This document shows positions 37,686 to 50,118 of a stretch of 64,000 bases of DNA, piece after piece. The notes below the pieces were generated by a model. That model worked only from the letters and a program-made list of their open reading frames with translations. It ran no database searches and was not told the origin of the DNA. Source of the stretch: Parasitella parasitica NRRL 2501 (taxonomy: Eukaryota; Fungi; Mucoromycota); assembly GCA_025201805.1 (NCBI GenBank), contig MU619277.1, forward strand, positions 65,828-129,827. Direction: 5' to 3'. A program made the position numbers and the translations under genes. Within the stretch, counting starts at the first letter, position 1; every line of letters starts with the position of its first letter.

Positions 37686-38910
37686 CGGGCTGTTAAGCGC
37701 ACGAAGGGGCTGAAAATTGACCTTCATTTTTTTGGGGGTCCACAGCTCGCACCTGCGGTACCAAGCAGGGTTCTTTATATCTAGTTGCACGGTAGAACAG
37801 CTAGTCAAGCCTGTGCCATCTTTTCCATAATATTAGAATGTTTCAAAAGTGTGTGTCTTTGCAAAACCAGCTAATGTAGATTTTAGGCGCACCTAATTTT
37901 TTTGGTCTAAATTTACGCAAATCTCAGTGCGCTATCGTCAGAAAAAGACAAAAACTGTAAGAAACAATTTTTAGCGACCTCAAATACAAAAACAAGTAAT
38001 TCAAAGTAGTACATTACAATACAAGGCACCTTTTGATCACATATTTGCATAGCTTGGATCAAGTTTTTGGACTTTTTAAGTTGACATCAGATGAAGATAG
38101 CGACTTTTCTGACTTTTTTCGAAAAAGTATTTTTCTAAATCGGAGTGTGAGATCGTCAGGCCAGGTACAGACATGCAAGTACTACCATTAGAAAGCCAAA
38201 AAGCATACCATTTAGATAAACTAAACTGCAATTGTTTTTCTCTTGAATTGGGTAAGCTGTGGCCCCTTAAAGCTAATACTTTCTTGAAAAAACCACCATT
38301 TATTTTCTTTGAAAGCGGAGATTGAACACATCCAAAATCAGGAAGGAAAAGTTCTTTCAAAAACTCCATTTGGACATTTCGAAAAAAAAATTACTCCTTT
38401 GAGGCAAAATATCATTCTTTGGTACTATGCATACCACGGCTATCCGTCTATGATAATAGCTGTATTTTTGGGCGCTCTACATGATGGTACCATTTCATAA
38501 TTCCCGTATGCTTATGGAAGGAATTCTGCCGAGAAAACCTCAAAAGCAGATTAAGAGGAAAAAGTCAACATTTTGCTTAATCAGAGCGCATTTTTAGTCT
38601 TTGAGACCAAAGAACGGTCTTTTACGATCATTTTCCTCCAATATAAGCTATAGTAAAAAATTGCATTTTTGAGGTCTAAATTGAGGATAATGCATAATCG
38701 TTGATTTTGGATGCATGGATACAAGAAAAAAATCGAAAAAAATCCGTCATTTTGCATCGAAAAAAAAATCATGCTCAAATTGCACCAAAATCATATACAA
38801 TATAGTTTTTTCCCAATGGATACTATTTTTCGTGTTTTCAAGGCACTTTTGATTATAAAAATTAATCAAAAAATGGCACACGAAGCTGAATTTCTTGCTT
38901 TTTAGCTGTA
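37686..38910. mobile_element. Probable non-coding DNA-transposon terminal region
   Basis: Abrupt GC-rich start (gggctgttaagcgcacgaaggggctg...), repeated tttcgaaaa/aaaaaatc motifs, no credible ORF, located among TE fragments. No matching end was found. Confidence 0.3.
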
Positions 38911-39407
38911 AAAATTATCTATCTGGAGATGATATCACGTCAATATCAATTCTAGTACATGACACAGCTTTATAAAGTAAGTATTTTTGATGCCACAAGT
39001 ATACCTTTGTTCATAGTAATATGATCAAACAGGTGAGGCTCTTCGAGTTGGTAGCAGAAGAGAATAAATAATGAATACGATGCTTTGCTGTGATAACCCC
39101 TTGTCATTTGTGAATAATTCAAAACTTGCTAATTGCTAGGGACACAGAAGCCCTACTACCATTGTTGCTTATAATAATGCTTAGTGACAATTCAAAAGTT
39201 CTGTTTTTTGTAATTCTAAAGCTAGACATGTAAAATGGAAAGTAAAATAGAGATTAGGATTGAGGTTGAGAGTAATTTTATTAGCAAAAGTTAAGCTTTA
39301 TAATAAGCTTCTGATAAATTCCAGGTTCCAGGTCTCAGGTACTGTAGAGTATCAAAGTCTGAATAGGGGATAACTCGCTATACCAAACAAATTTGTGTAC
39401 ACCAACC

Positions 39408-39434
39408 CGTCCGTTATAACAAGTCCCGACTGTA
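39408..39434 (-). mobile_element. Solo pogo/Tigger-like terminal inverted repeat with TA
   Basis: Reverse complement reads TA|CAGTCGGGACTTGTTATAACGGACG, the CAGT...TTATAACG pattern typical of pogo-family TIRs. Confidence 0.6.
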
Positions 39435-40309
39435 TATTCATTTCTTGATTTACTTAACTCAATAGATGTAATATGAAATGAAAATGCAAAGTTATAAAAT
39501 AGAGATTGCCATTTGCTTGAATATGCTACGATTTTTGAAAAGAAATATAATTGACTGAGAAAACAGAATAAAATGGTTGGTTCAAACTTTGATTTCACGG
39601 GTAAATTGCCATTGTTTAAATGCATTTAGACGGATACGTACAACTAAATGCCTTATTAGTATATGCAGCTTGGTACTTTGATGCTTTGATGGTTTTGTAA
39701 TTCAGCCATTTTTTAGTTTGTATACCTATGCAATTCTATAGACTTGTCTAAATATTCGAGCTCATTTAGATGTTTAATATCTATCGAATGTATCTGAAGT
39801 AATTTATCAACGTTTAAACTTTATGGAATTTAAACAATTTTAAATTGTGGTTCGTTGATGGTTGTTCAGTTTTAGGTTCTGAAGTACATGTCGATAGTGT
39901 TGATAAAGAATTTTTATTGTATGGAAAAATAACACCAATGTTTCGGTTGAAAACGCCTAGCAACGTTTTTCTTTCCTTAATTTATTTTTAAATCAAAACC
40001 AAATGTAAGGTCGCCAACTATCAATACCAGAGGTTCATATAAACTGAACATAACAATAAAATGAGGTCTTCAAACCCCATAAAAGAATATCTTAACGTAC
40101 GCTATGAAGAGAAATTAGCTCTCATGATCTCTCTTTCTCAAAAAATAAGAAGACTCATTGAAGAAGCGGGATCCCCTTATTTTCTGTCATTAATAAATGG
40201 TTAAAGAGTATGTGGCTTCGAGTGGCTATTGATGACCTTTCAAGACAAACAAGAATAATACCAAGATAATAACTCTAATCATGTCTGAAACTTCACCTAT
40301 CATATATAG

Positions 40310-40735
40310 TGAAGCTAATATCAAAAATGCATTGAGCATAATGCCTTCGAACCAATCAAGGGAAACTACCATTGGATGTAGTAATTTATGTTAAGACCTC
40401 AGTATGGGAAGCATGTTTATTAAAGATGAACGAATACTGCAGTATTAAATGGACAATACTAAGGAAATGGTAGAGTAGTGACAAGTGGTATTTGGAGAAA
40501 CAAAACAATGCTATCGAAGTGGAGCATACGAATCCAAGCGATCTGTACGTAATGATCAAAAGGACAGTAAACGCTGTGGGTGTGTAGTGCAACTGAATAC
40601 TGCTAGCTATCATGCAAATGTGCCAGCTCATTTAAGATCAGATGTTGTAGAGATCAAACTTTTGTAAGATCAGACAAATCATGCTCCTGGTGATTTAAGA
40701 GGACTGGGCATGTTGCCTATCAACAGAGAAACTGC
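40310..40735 (+). mobile_element. Degenerate MULE (Mutator) transposase N-terminal WRKY/FAR1-GCM1-like zinc domain
   Basis: CYRSGAYESKRSVRNDQKDSKRCGCVVQL...VVEIKLL*DQTNHAPGD...LPI, a CxRxG...SKxCGC...NHxPG pattern with stops and a frameshift. Confidence 0.7.
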
Positions 40736-40744
40736 CCAAATTCA

Positions 40745-41585
40745 TAGTTTAGGGACAATTGCTTGAGTGCCTTTTGCAGGTCTTGCTGTGAGGGGTCTCA
40801 TGTTGATATCAAATGCCAACTTTTCCAAAATGACCTAATTGTTCAGATAATCCATATCTGTCCGAGACCAACTATTTCCTCTTGATGCGCGTTTTTTCAC
40901 AGCTTCTAGCCACAAAATAACTAGTGATTCAGTTGACAGTCAAGTTGCATTGATCTTCTTCAGTAGACTCTTTCAAGCCAAGGCCCGTGAATGCTGTGCA
41001 AAGGCCATCATTGATATCCTTGCGAGTTGCTTGATTACTAAATGCTTACTTTCTTCCTGCAGTTGAGAGTCAGCACGATTGGCTTTGTTCGTAAGCTTGC
41101 CGTATATGCCCCACTCGAAGACAGGCAAAATCTTCTTCTGCTGGATAAAAAGGATGTTTAAATTTGCTCATCCCCTCCTCTTTTTAATACGAATATGAAA
41201 TAATATATAGCGCCTGAGCTGATGGGAACAAACTGTTTCCAACCATTTAGCGGTAGCAAAGACAGTTTTGGACTATTAAACATATGGCTTGCAAGAAAAC
41301 AGAAACACCACTTTTGTTACTAGATCATCAACAAAACATCAAAAAATATGGATAGATAACAAAAGCTTTCCATTAACCATAGACTATTGAATTCGTCTGT
41401 AATGGAATGCATCGCTTGATCAGTCATTCTTTGGGTTTCATTTGACATTAGACAGACGTTTAGAGTGTCGAGCTGATGAATAAAAGAAGAAGTAGTAGAT
41501 GAATTCCAAATGTTGGGAACTCTCGATGCAGCCGTTTCAAAATCGAAATGGGTGAAACCCTTAAATGTAAAGGTGTAATTGCCTA
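40745..41585 (-). pseudogene. Degraded unknown gene (multiple in-frame stops)
   Basis: Exon-like blocks with AG acceptors (GNYTFTFKGFTHFDF...; QKKILPVFEWGIYGKL...) and three in-frame stops in the last block; family not recognised. Confidence 0.35.
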
Positions 41586-41633
41586 AATTTCTCTTTTTTT
41601 TTTTTGTGTTTAAAATAAATACATCCATACAAA

Positions 41634-43311
41634 ATGCCATTTGGGTTTGCAGCAAAGTTTTGTAAAGAGTGGGCTCGCGTATCTTTGTGGTCATTTTTTT
41701 CAAAGGTTCTTATCGAAGGTTATGAAGATGCTACCACAGAAAATCAACCCTATATCTTGTAAGAGCTAAATAAACTAGAAATATAAAATAGCTAATACTC
41801 GCACAGTGCTGCAACACACCAAAACATGTTGCTGGATCCAGCTGTACTCTGCAAAGCATGTTCAAACGAATACCTCCATTACTGGGCCAAACACTCAATA
41901 TTTGTTAATAAATACGCCGCAAAGTTTTTAAACAGTGTTGGCTGTGTTCCTGTTGATCGAAAATCTAAAGACCATCATAGCCTCTACCAAGCAACGTTTG
42001 ATGTAATGGATTTGAAAGAGTCCATTGCTATATTTCCAAAGGAACTAGCCATACTTTGTCCCACATGAGTAAATTGAAAGATGGCGCTGCTTTTGTAAGT
42101 ATAATTTGAAGCTTATGCAAGTTTATCTAATTTAAGCTCCCATACACAGGTCGCATTAGAATATGCTAACTCATTAAAGGTCAAGCCTAGATACAATAAA
42201 CACGGACAGTTGATAAAACCTGCTGCTATTGTCCCTGTTGGCATCGTTTACACAGATAAAACCAAGTATCGTAGTGAAGTCTTAGTGAGGTAAGCTATAT
42301 GCAGATGCCCCCCTCCCTCCTTCTTTGACACTAAATACAGCAAAGCAGATTTGGCAAGCCAATTCAAATGGCATATTATGTAGCAGATTTCGAGAAAACA
42401 CCTAAAACAACTGCAAAAGCAGTTACCAAAGCATTAGAGGATGCACTATTGAGTTTAACCGTCAATTCGCCTGATTGGCTCAGTCGAAAAAGCGCTGCCA
42501 TGGCCAGAGAAATGCTGTTTCCTGCTGAGTATGGCGATATGACCGATTTTGTTCAGGTATCGCAAAGGTAAATAGGACAATATATACCCAGCCAAAAGTA
42601 TGAAGTGATATTCATGGTAAATACTGCTACACCTATAGTCTGATCAACATTTTTGTTCAGCAACGGGGAATGAATCACCTAGCAGATAACTTATACGCCT
42701 ACAGTTGCGAACTGAGCGATCTAAAGTTACGAGAAACTGATCTCACGTGTTACGACGACAAGCTCCTACCCAGAACCATCACCAAGGATTTTTTAAACAA
42801 GTCTTTGCTATAATTAGCAGACTTGCCTTTGGCATTTCCTGTCATTGTGGCACATGTGCCTCTTTATATCATCAGTCATCACTATGCCAAGCATGAAGTG
42901 CATGTCGAAGTCAAAGCACAAGACAAAATACTACATGCGACGTTGATAGTCCCTGTTGTCTACTTACTTCTCTTTGTTTGGGAGTGGTATTATCTCTATA
43001 GTCTCACATTTTATGGCTTTTTTCTTGCCATCATAACAGCCATCATCTTCTTTTGGCTGCATGTTGTATCCATTGATGCAAGATATGAACAAATCAAGCA
43101 ATGGAAAGGCGCTTTTTACTTGTTTGATGCATTTGTCTTGAAGCGAGGTTTGGGCAATTGCGAAAAACGCATCATGGAGGTTGTCAAGCTTAGGAATATT
43201 ATCCAAAATGATCTTGCACGGGTATTCAAGAGCAATGTTGAAGCTGATAGCGTCGATTTGGATGCAAAAGCAGTTATGCAAGCAATTAAATGTCGAGCTG
43301 TATTAGAATAA
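41634..43311 (+). pseudogene. Glycerol-3-phosphate/DHAP O-acyltransferase (SCT1/GPT2-like) with two disabling lesions
   Basis: Motif I THQNMLLDP, CVPVDR, motif III FP(E)GTSH broken by a 1-nt deletion at ~42039, IVPVGIVY; premature TAA at 42811-42813; introns intact. Confidence 0.85.
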
Positions 43312-44291
43312 TCGTCAACAATACACACATAAAAACATTGCAAAATCCTTTAGATGTTTTATTTGATCTTACTGCGATTATACAGTGGAAATACATCAGA
43401 TAGTAACTAAAAAGTCTGGAAAACCAATTTGATGTGGTTATGAGCACTTGGTTCGACTGGCAAAAGATTGAATTTTAAGCTATTAAAATTCAAGTACGTC
43501 TGGTAAAAACCAAGTGCCCTCTCTTCAGTCAGCTCATCCCGGCATTCCGTTGATCTCTAAAGAGCGCTCATCAGATGTCATATCGATAGAATATTAGTAT
43601 GATTTATCAAGAAAGACATATTTTGAAAGACGGAATAGATTGATCACACCAATTGCCATACCATATACCAACGTTATCTGAAAATCTAGTAAGAGTAATA
43701 GCACATCAACCCGGGATTTTAAAGCGAAAAGGTTTGTTCCCTGTGACTGGGCGCTGCAACAATATCTTTGAAGCGTAACTTGACAAAGATATAAACCTTC
43801 CCTTTTACCAAGCCTTCGACACAGTAATATGACTGTAAGTTATCATATATCACTGTAGCATGTAAATTATCAAAGCAAAAACATGAGACACAAGCATTAT
43901 CCATGTCATATATACCACGCGCAATGTAGATGGATGGACTAGATGGATGGATGGATGGAGATGAGCTTTGACAGTGCTTCAAATTCAGATTTCAAAGTCT
44001 GTGTAAAAAAAATTAAAACCAGGCCTGATGAATTATCACCGTTATCATGGCAACCTAAAATATTGATAATTCGCATCAATAAACGACATTGCTGTCTATT
44101 CAGCAAGAGGACAGCTTAGTGTTTTGGAGCTATTGTCAACATGGCATATCAATACTACAGTTTTACAAAGCTACTACATGTGCGTGTGTATATAGACAAT
44201 GCTGTTATACTGCGCCGTGATCACATGTTGCTGCTGCGGTAGTTTACATACCATTGCCAATATTTACTAATTTAATCTTATGATCTGTTAG

Positions 44292-44598
44292 TTGGCCGTC
44301 GATCTTCTTAACCCTTCCGTTGAACACGAGAAGCGCTCTCACAAGCTCAAGAGACTTGTGCAGTCTCCCAACTCTTACTTTATGGATGTCAAGTGTCCTG
44401 GTAAGTTTATGAATATAGCTTGGAAAAGAAATGTCATCTCATTCGTTTTGCTTGTCAGGTTGTTTGAACATTAGCACCGTTTTTAGCCACGCTCAAACCG
44501 TTGTTTTGTGTTCTTCTTGCGCTACCGTTTTGTGCCAACCCACTGGTGGTCGTGCTCGTTTAACTGAAGGTTGTTCTTTCCGTAGAAAGGCCAACTAA
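44292..44598 (+). CDS. RPS27: 40S ribosomal protein S27 (eS27); start-codon exon not resolved
   Basis: LAVDLLNPS...[20 protein letters not shown]|[45 protein letters not shown]; acceptor AG precedes 44292. Confidence 0.95.
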
Positions 44599-45600
44599 AG
44601 TGTTTCCTTACAACAAGTTATCGCTTTTTTTTTTTCAAACAAAAAAAAAAAAAATCAATAAAATTAACGAAACCTCTTTTCCTTCAACAAACGAAGGCTA
44701 AGCCTAAATAACATCTTGTTCTCCCTTGGTTTTCATTTGCATTTAAAATCATCAGTATTCGCTCGATGTATAAACTCGTACAAATGTTAATGTTATGGTC
44801 ATGTCAAGAGGCTTCCTAATGTTCTTGTCCAAGCATACCCAAATGTAAATGTTTCAAGTTATTCAACTTGTTCAACAATAACCTTATGCTCAATACGAGG
44901 GAGTAGGTATAGGTTGCGATCAAACGCTTTTTGATCTGATGATATCCAATCTTCAACACCTTTTTTTCCTTGAAAAAACTAGATTTAATGAAAATACTTA
45001 CCTCGAATTTGAAGGTGTACACGTCGTTCACCCGTTCATATGGTCATATTTCCATTATAACGTTTCGTAGCAGCTTTATTTAGATAAACTCCCGTCCTCT
45101 TTTATCCTCTCTATAGTTTGCACTGTATCGTTATCTAATCCATAAAAATCTGCTTTTTATATTCATGTCATTTACTGCGGAATGGGCGGAATAAGGGCTA
45201 TACTACAATATTATAAAACCTTTTTACTATTCTTCATTTGCTTGGCTGTGAGGCAATTAGGAACCCTTTACCCCAAACATCAGGCCTTGCTTTTGATTTC
45301 AACTATTTGTACAGGCACTAGAGACTATATTCCATCATATTATAATTAGTGACCATAATGAGTGCAAACCTACTTAATATACTTCTTTAAGGCAGGTTTT
45401 GTCAGTGGTGAATGAGAAGGCAGTGACCTTTCAAGGATCATTGAGCAACCGTTTATGTAAGAAATGTTTGATATTGACATTATCAGAAAAACGAGCTCTA
45501 CATGCATGTATTATCATCCTCATATCCTTGAGAAAAATTTGCGATTCAAAACGTAAAACGATTTTCACCCTATAAATCACATTATTTATCTGTCTAAAAT

Positions 45601-46379
45601 CTAAGAATTTATTATTGCAGTAGTCGCTGTAGTAAAGTCGTAATAAAATATCAGAGCATCAACGAGCTTGTCAGGGCTATTTTTTAATCTACCAGCATTG
45701 GGAACACGGCCTATTTGCTGGAAACCTAATTTTCTCCAAATGGCAATTGAGGCAGGATTGTTTTCAAAGACAAGATTAAACATCGAAGCTTTGTAACCAA
45801 TAGCAGGAACCAATACTTTAAATGCTTCGCCCATTACAACGCCAGCACCTTTACCACGATGACTATCCATGACGAAAAATCCACCGTTACATATATGAGA
45901 ACATCTTCCTGGATAATTTGGCTTGATGTAAAACATGCCTACCACTTTCTTGTCCCAGTTGTAGGCTGTGTTGGGGTCAATTAAGCCATCCAAAGACATC
46001 ACAAAAGCGTCAGACCTATTTAACTGATTAGTGACATTGCTCTTGAATATTTACCAATCCAAGCTGTTATTTACCCTAAAAAATAATCTCTAAATTGCTT
46101 CTCATCAAGTAAATTCTCTTGCGGATATGTAGAACTATTTTTACAAAAGTGGTTTAGTGCGTCCTGTCATCTAAACAAAGAGGGATACATATATACACAC
46201 CCATCCTCGATCTCTTGATTAAAGCGAGCATGCAAATGGTCAACTAAAGGCTTATTACTAGAATCTACTTTTTGAATCAGGCCTTCAGTGCCATTACGCA
46301 ATATCTTAGAAATAGGTAAAATGGCTTCCAAGTCTACAGTCGTTACTGGTTTTGGGATTTTGCCGTATGCCGTTGACAT
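45601..46379 (-). CDS. GNAT N-acetyltransferase, Mpr1 (L-azetidine-2-carboxylate acetyltransferase)-like, 3 exons
   Basis: FNQEIEDG|STYPQE, GMFYIKPNYPGRCSHICNGGF, HRGKGAG and FNLVFENNPASIAIWRKLGF. Confidence 0.88.
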
Positions 46380-46689
46380 TATATTCTAAATGATAAGAAA
46401 GGGAGCAAAAATAAAAACCAAACAATTTATATACCCAGCGAATGGGTAAAACTTTTCCAACTTCTTTGGATAATCGATTTACAGGAAGCTTGCCCGTGTT
46501 GAAAGTGCCATTTGAAAATCAGATCTAACAAAAGCTGGATCAACGGTAGCTGTCTTTATAAAATGAGTGCAATTTGGTGATATGCTGCGTCAAAAAAAAA
46601 AACCTCTATCCCAAACACATCATGTAACTTGATAAAATGCGAATGTGCATGAATTGAGAAAAAGGGCAATGGTAAAAATCAATTTTAGT

Positions 46690-46692
<3 letters not shown>

Positions 46693-46732
<40 letters not shown>
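46693..46732. repeat. 40-nt poly(A) tract
   Basis: Direct observation. Confidence 0.95.
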
Positions 46733-46734
<2 letters not shown>

Positions 46735-46915
46735 AGAGAAATCAGAGTGCGCTGAAGAGGTATCGATGACAAAAGTAAAGTTAAAAGTTGATACGTTATT
46801 AAAAATGTTGATATGGTGTATGTATAATGTTGTGTAAATGTGTTGAAAAGTGGAGATGATTTGTATTGTATAGCGATTTTGTGATGTTCCAAATGGACCA
46901 GGGCCGATCGACACC

Positions 46916-48242
46916 CTAATCCAATTGCCATACATTGTCTTGAACAAATTCAGCAATTGATTCAAAGAAACCACTCTAATGAAAAACAGTGTTGGTCGAA
47001 ACAAACTACGACAAGTGCAAATAACAGCTTGATTCCTACCTGCATACATGTATCGTTGTGTGTTCCATTCTCAAAATCTCTCCAAACTTTGACTCCACTT
47101 GTTTGCGATATGCTGTATAACTTTGCCATGTGTCCGGGAGGAACTAGCTCGTCTTTCAGGCTGGATAGAAATAGTATAGGAACATGGTGAACGTATTTGA
47201 TCGTCTTGTAAGATCTCCATGTTTGATGCACCAAATACACCAAATGTCTTAATGCTGGAAATATGTGTGGGACGAGTAGAGGCTGTTGCAAATTAGCCTT
47301 TGCCTGGTCTTTTCAAAAATATTATACTTACCACGCTCAAAAACGTATTTTCAATAATCAATGCGTCAAACTTATCCTCATTTCTCGATACAAGACTGAT
47401 CGCAACTGATCCCCCCAGAGATTGACCGTAAGCTATTAATTTGGTATGTTTAAGAATTGGATGCTGTTTAATGTATTCAAGCATAGTCTAAATATTTATG
47501 TGTTACAAAAAAAAATACCCCATTAATTTTTTGTAGTTACCTGCGCGTCAATTTTAAGCCCTTTTTCAGTAGCTCTTCCTTCGCTGAGACCATATCTTTT
47601 CCCTTCCATGTCAATGATAATTTGCAGTGAAAAACAAAAATAAAACTTACCCTCTATACGACAGCATAACCACATTGTAACCTAATTTCTTGTAAAATAC
47701 TTGGGCAATTGGCAATCGATGACCCTGTGAATATTTTGATTAATGATTGTCACTCATTTTTATGTTGAATTGTGGTAGCCTAGACACACACGATCCAATC
47801 CCCCCCCCCTTTTTTTTTTCATAAAATAAACCCCATTCATTTACCATATTTCCAGTATGTGCCTAGAAAAATTCTATTTGTTACTTCGTTGCAATTGGTG
47901 AGAAAACAAATCTACTTACATGAAAACATACTACAGTGGGCGATTGTATCGCAACTTCTTCGCCGCGCTGAATCATGACATAGGATCGTATTTTATATCC
48001 ATCTTTAGTCACCAATATAACTTCTTTATCAGGCAAGCCATATTGTGATGGTCTTGCCACCTAATTTTTGATTTTGTGAATATAAAACTACGATAAAGCA
48101 CATCAATACTTACTACTGTTCTTGACCCGGTCGGGAAACCTGCTGCATACAATAATTCGCACTGGTAGGTATATAGTAGTAATGACAGTGCTACCGTCAC
48201 AGCGATTGCAAAGTATAATAAATATAGCAAGTAAATGATCAT
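46916..48242 (-). CDS. BEM46: BEM46/ABHD13-type alpha/beta hydrolase with N-terminal TM, multi-exon
   Basis: N-terminal TM then LYTYQCELLY; VVMLSYRG|YGLSEG, nucleophile GQSLGG, IIENTFLS, KDELVPP and NGTHNDT. Confidence 0.9.
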
Positions 48243-48937
48243 TGGATCTTCTGTTGAAAAAATTCGAGCAAAGATAAAGTAAAGAGATAGAGAGAAAGAA
48301 AAAGAGATTGCTGCTGATCTCAAGGACGCTTCCTTTTTTTCTCTACACTAGAAATATTAAAAGAGGATGAAAAAGCAGTGAACGGTCGACAAACAACAAG
48401 CTCAAGAAAACCCCATTTCTCACGTGATACCCCCATCAAAAAACCTCAACAAGTCAATCTCTTGAAACTATCAAAGCCAATATCGATTCAAAAACTATAA
48501 GAGAATATAAATTTGTGTCATTTCTGAACTTGCATCAATCATTAAGACGTTGACCAATCTTGGTCAATTCATATTCCCAAAGCATGAAAATATATTCAAA
48601 CTAGGAAACCATGTCTTTCCAAAAAAAGGTTTGGGGGTGGAGATCAAGGAGATTCATTTTTTCACAGGCAATTCACTCACTCAACCATGGCGTTTTAAAC
48701 AACCGAAGTAGAACCATTATACATTTCCTACGCTATTGAAAATAAACAATGTGGGCCTTCGAGTATATAATGCTTACACGACCAATTGAAGCCAAATGCA
48801 GCCATGTTTAGCTTTGTACCTATGTTGAAAATCCCTGAAAAGAATGTAATGTAAAATAGATTGAAAGACAAACAGTCTTGCTAAAACGATGATAAAGGAT
48901 TATGCGCCCATATTTTATTAATTGAATATTCATTCCA

Positions 48938-49369
48938 ATGTCTTATCCTTCTTCGCCTCGAGGAAAAGTGCCTCCGCCTCCCCCAATGAGGCAAAATACA
49001 GAGAGAAGAACCATGCCAGCTCCTCCTCCACCAGTCAGCAATAACACAAGACACAATCATTTGCAGGAAACTAGCATGCAATCACCACTAAATCGTTTAT
49101 CGACAATTCCTGTGCAATCAGCTTATCATAGTGTCGATATTGAGTTTCCTGAACCACCACAAACGGAAGCTGGTCGTTGGACTTTTCGTTCTCAAAAGGA
49201 ATTTCCTCCTCCACCACCTTTTGAAAAAAAGTTGAAAAGATATCCCACAGGTGCAGAAACTGGTAGCTGTAAGATGGTCATATTGTCTTGTAAAGCAAAC
49301 TGATTACTCAAATTTTACTTGATTGTAGCGATTCCTATCGATTTATCCCATCTCCAGGTATATCAGTAG
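48938..49369 (+). CDS. Short proline-rich WIP/verprolin-like protein (WASP/Las17-binding C-terminus only)
   Basis: GRWTFRSQKEFPPPPPFEKKLKRYPTGAETGS|SIPIDLSHL resembles the verprolin C-terminal Las17-binding segment; one GT-AG intron; no WH2 motif seen. Confidence 0.65.
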
Positions 49370-50118
49370 AACGACTCTTTTTTTTTTCTTGCAATAAAAC
49401 AACCCATTTTGCGTAACAGTTTCGCACCTACTATTTTACAACAATACCCTTTTTATAATGCTCAGGGCAATCAGGAGCACGCTAAATTTGGAGGAACCAA
49501 TTGTACACGTCTCGAGTATCATACCTCAACGAATGCATATCTCAAAGATAGATTGATAATGAAGAAAGAATGAATGGTTTCGCAACAAAGCTTGTGGTTA
49601 TGGATCACCAAGAAAGAATTTGCTTGTTAGATCTGAACCAGGATGACACTTTAAATATAGGTTGAAGTTTCTGCAAGTTGAGTTAGATTTAAATAAGCTG
49701 ATATGCTGTAGAATATGGCTTCAAAGTCTTGAGATTACGTTTCTGTGGTCTGTGTTGGTGATACAATTTGGACTCTTGCGGTATCAGAAAAAACTGAATC
49801 TAAGGAGTCATGTTAACGACTCACTTTTTTCATCGAGACATTGGGAGTCTGTGTGTAAGTTTTTAGTCTATTGTAGAGTAGATTACTTTTTGTTTTTTAG
49901 CACATCCATTTCCATAAGCTCCTCTACTACTGCAGCGACCATTGATACATCCTATTCTACCCCTAGTTTGTTGGTAAACTACAAAATCAATCATGTTTTT
50001 TTAAACTTCAAACCTTTGTATTGATAGAGTTCAGACAGTCACCAGCATTTGTTGGGCTGATGTGCTTTTCTATTTCAACATTTCTTTTTCTTTTTACAAC
50101 AGTTATTTAAAAGCAATC

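Noticed and set aside
44130-44291. Candidate start exon for RPS27
   Set aside because: Several ATG/donor combinations are possible and none is convincing; left unresolved.
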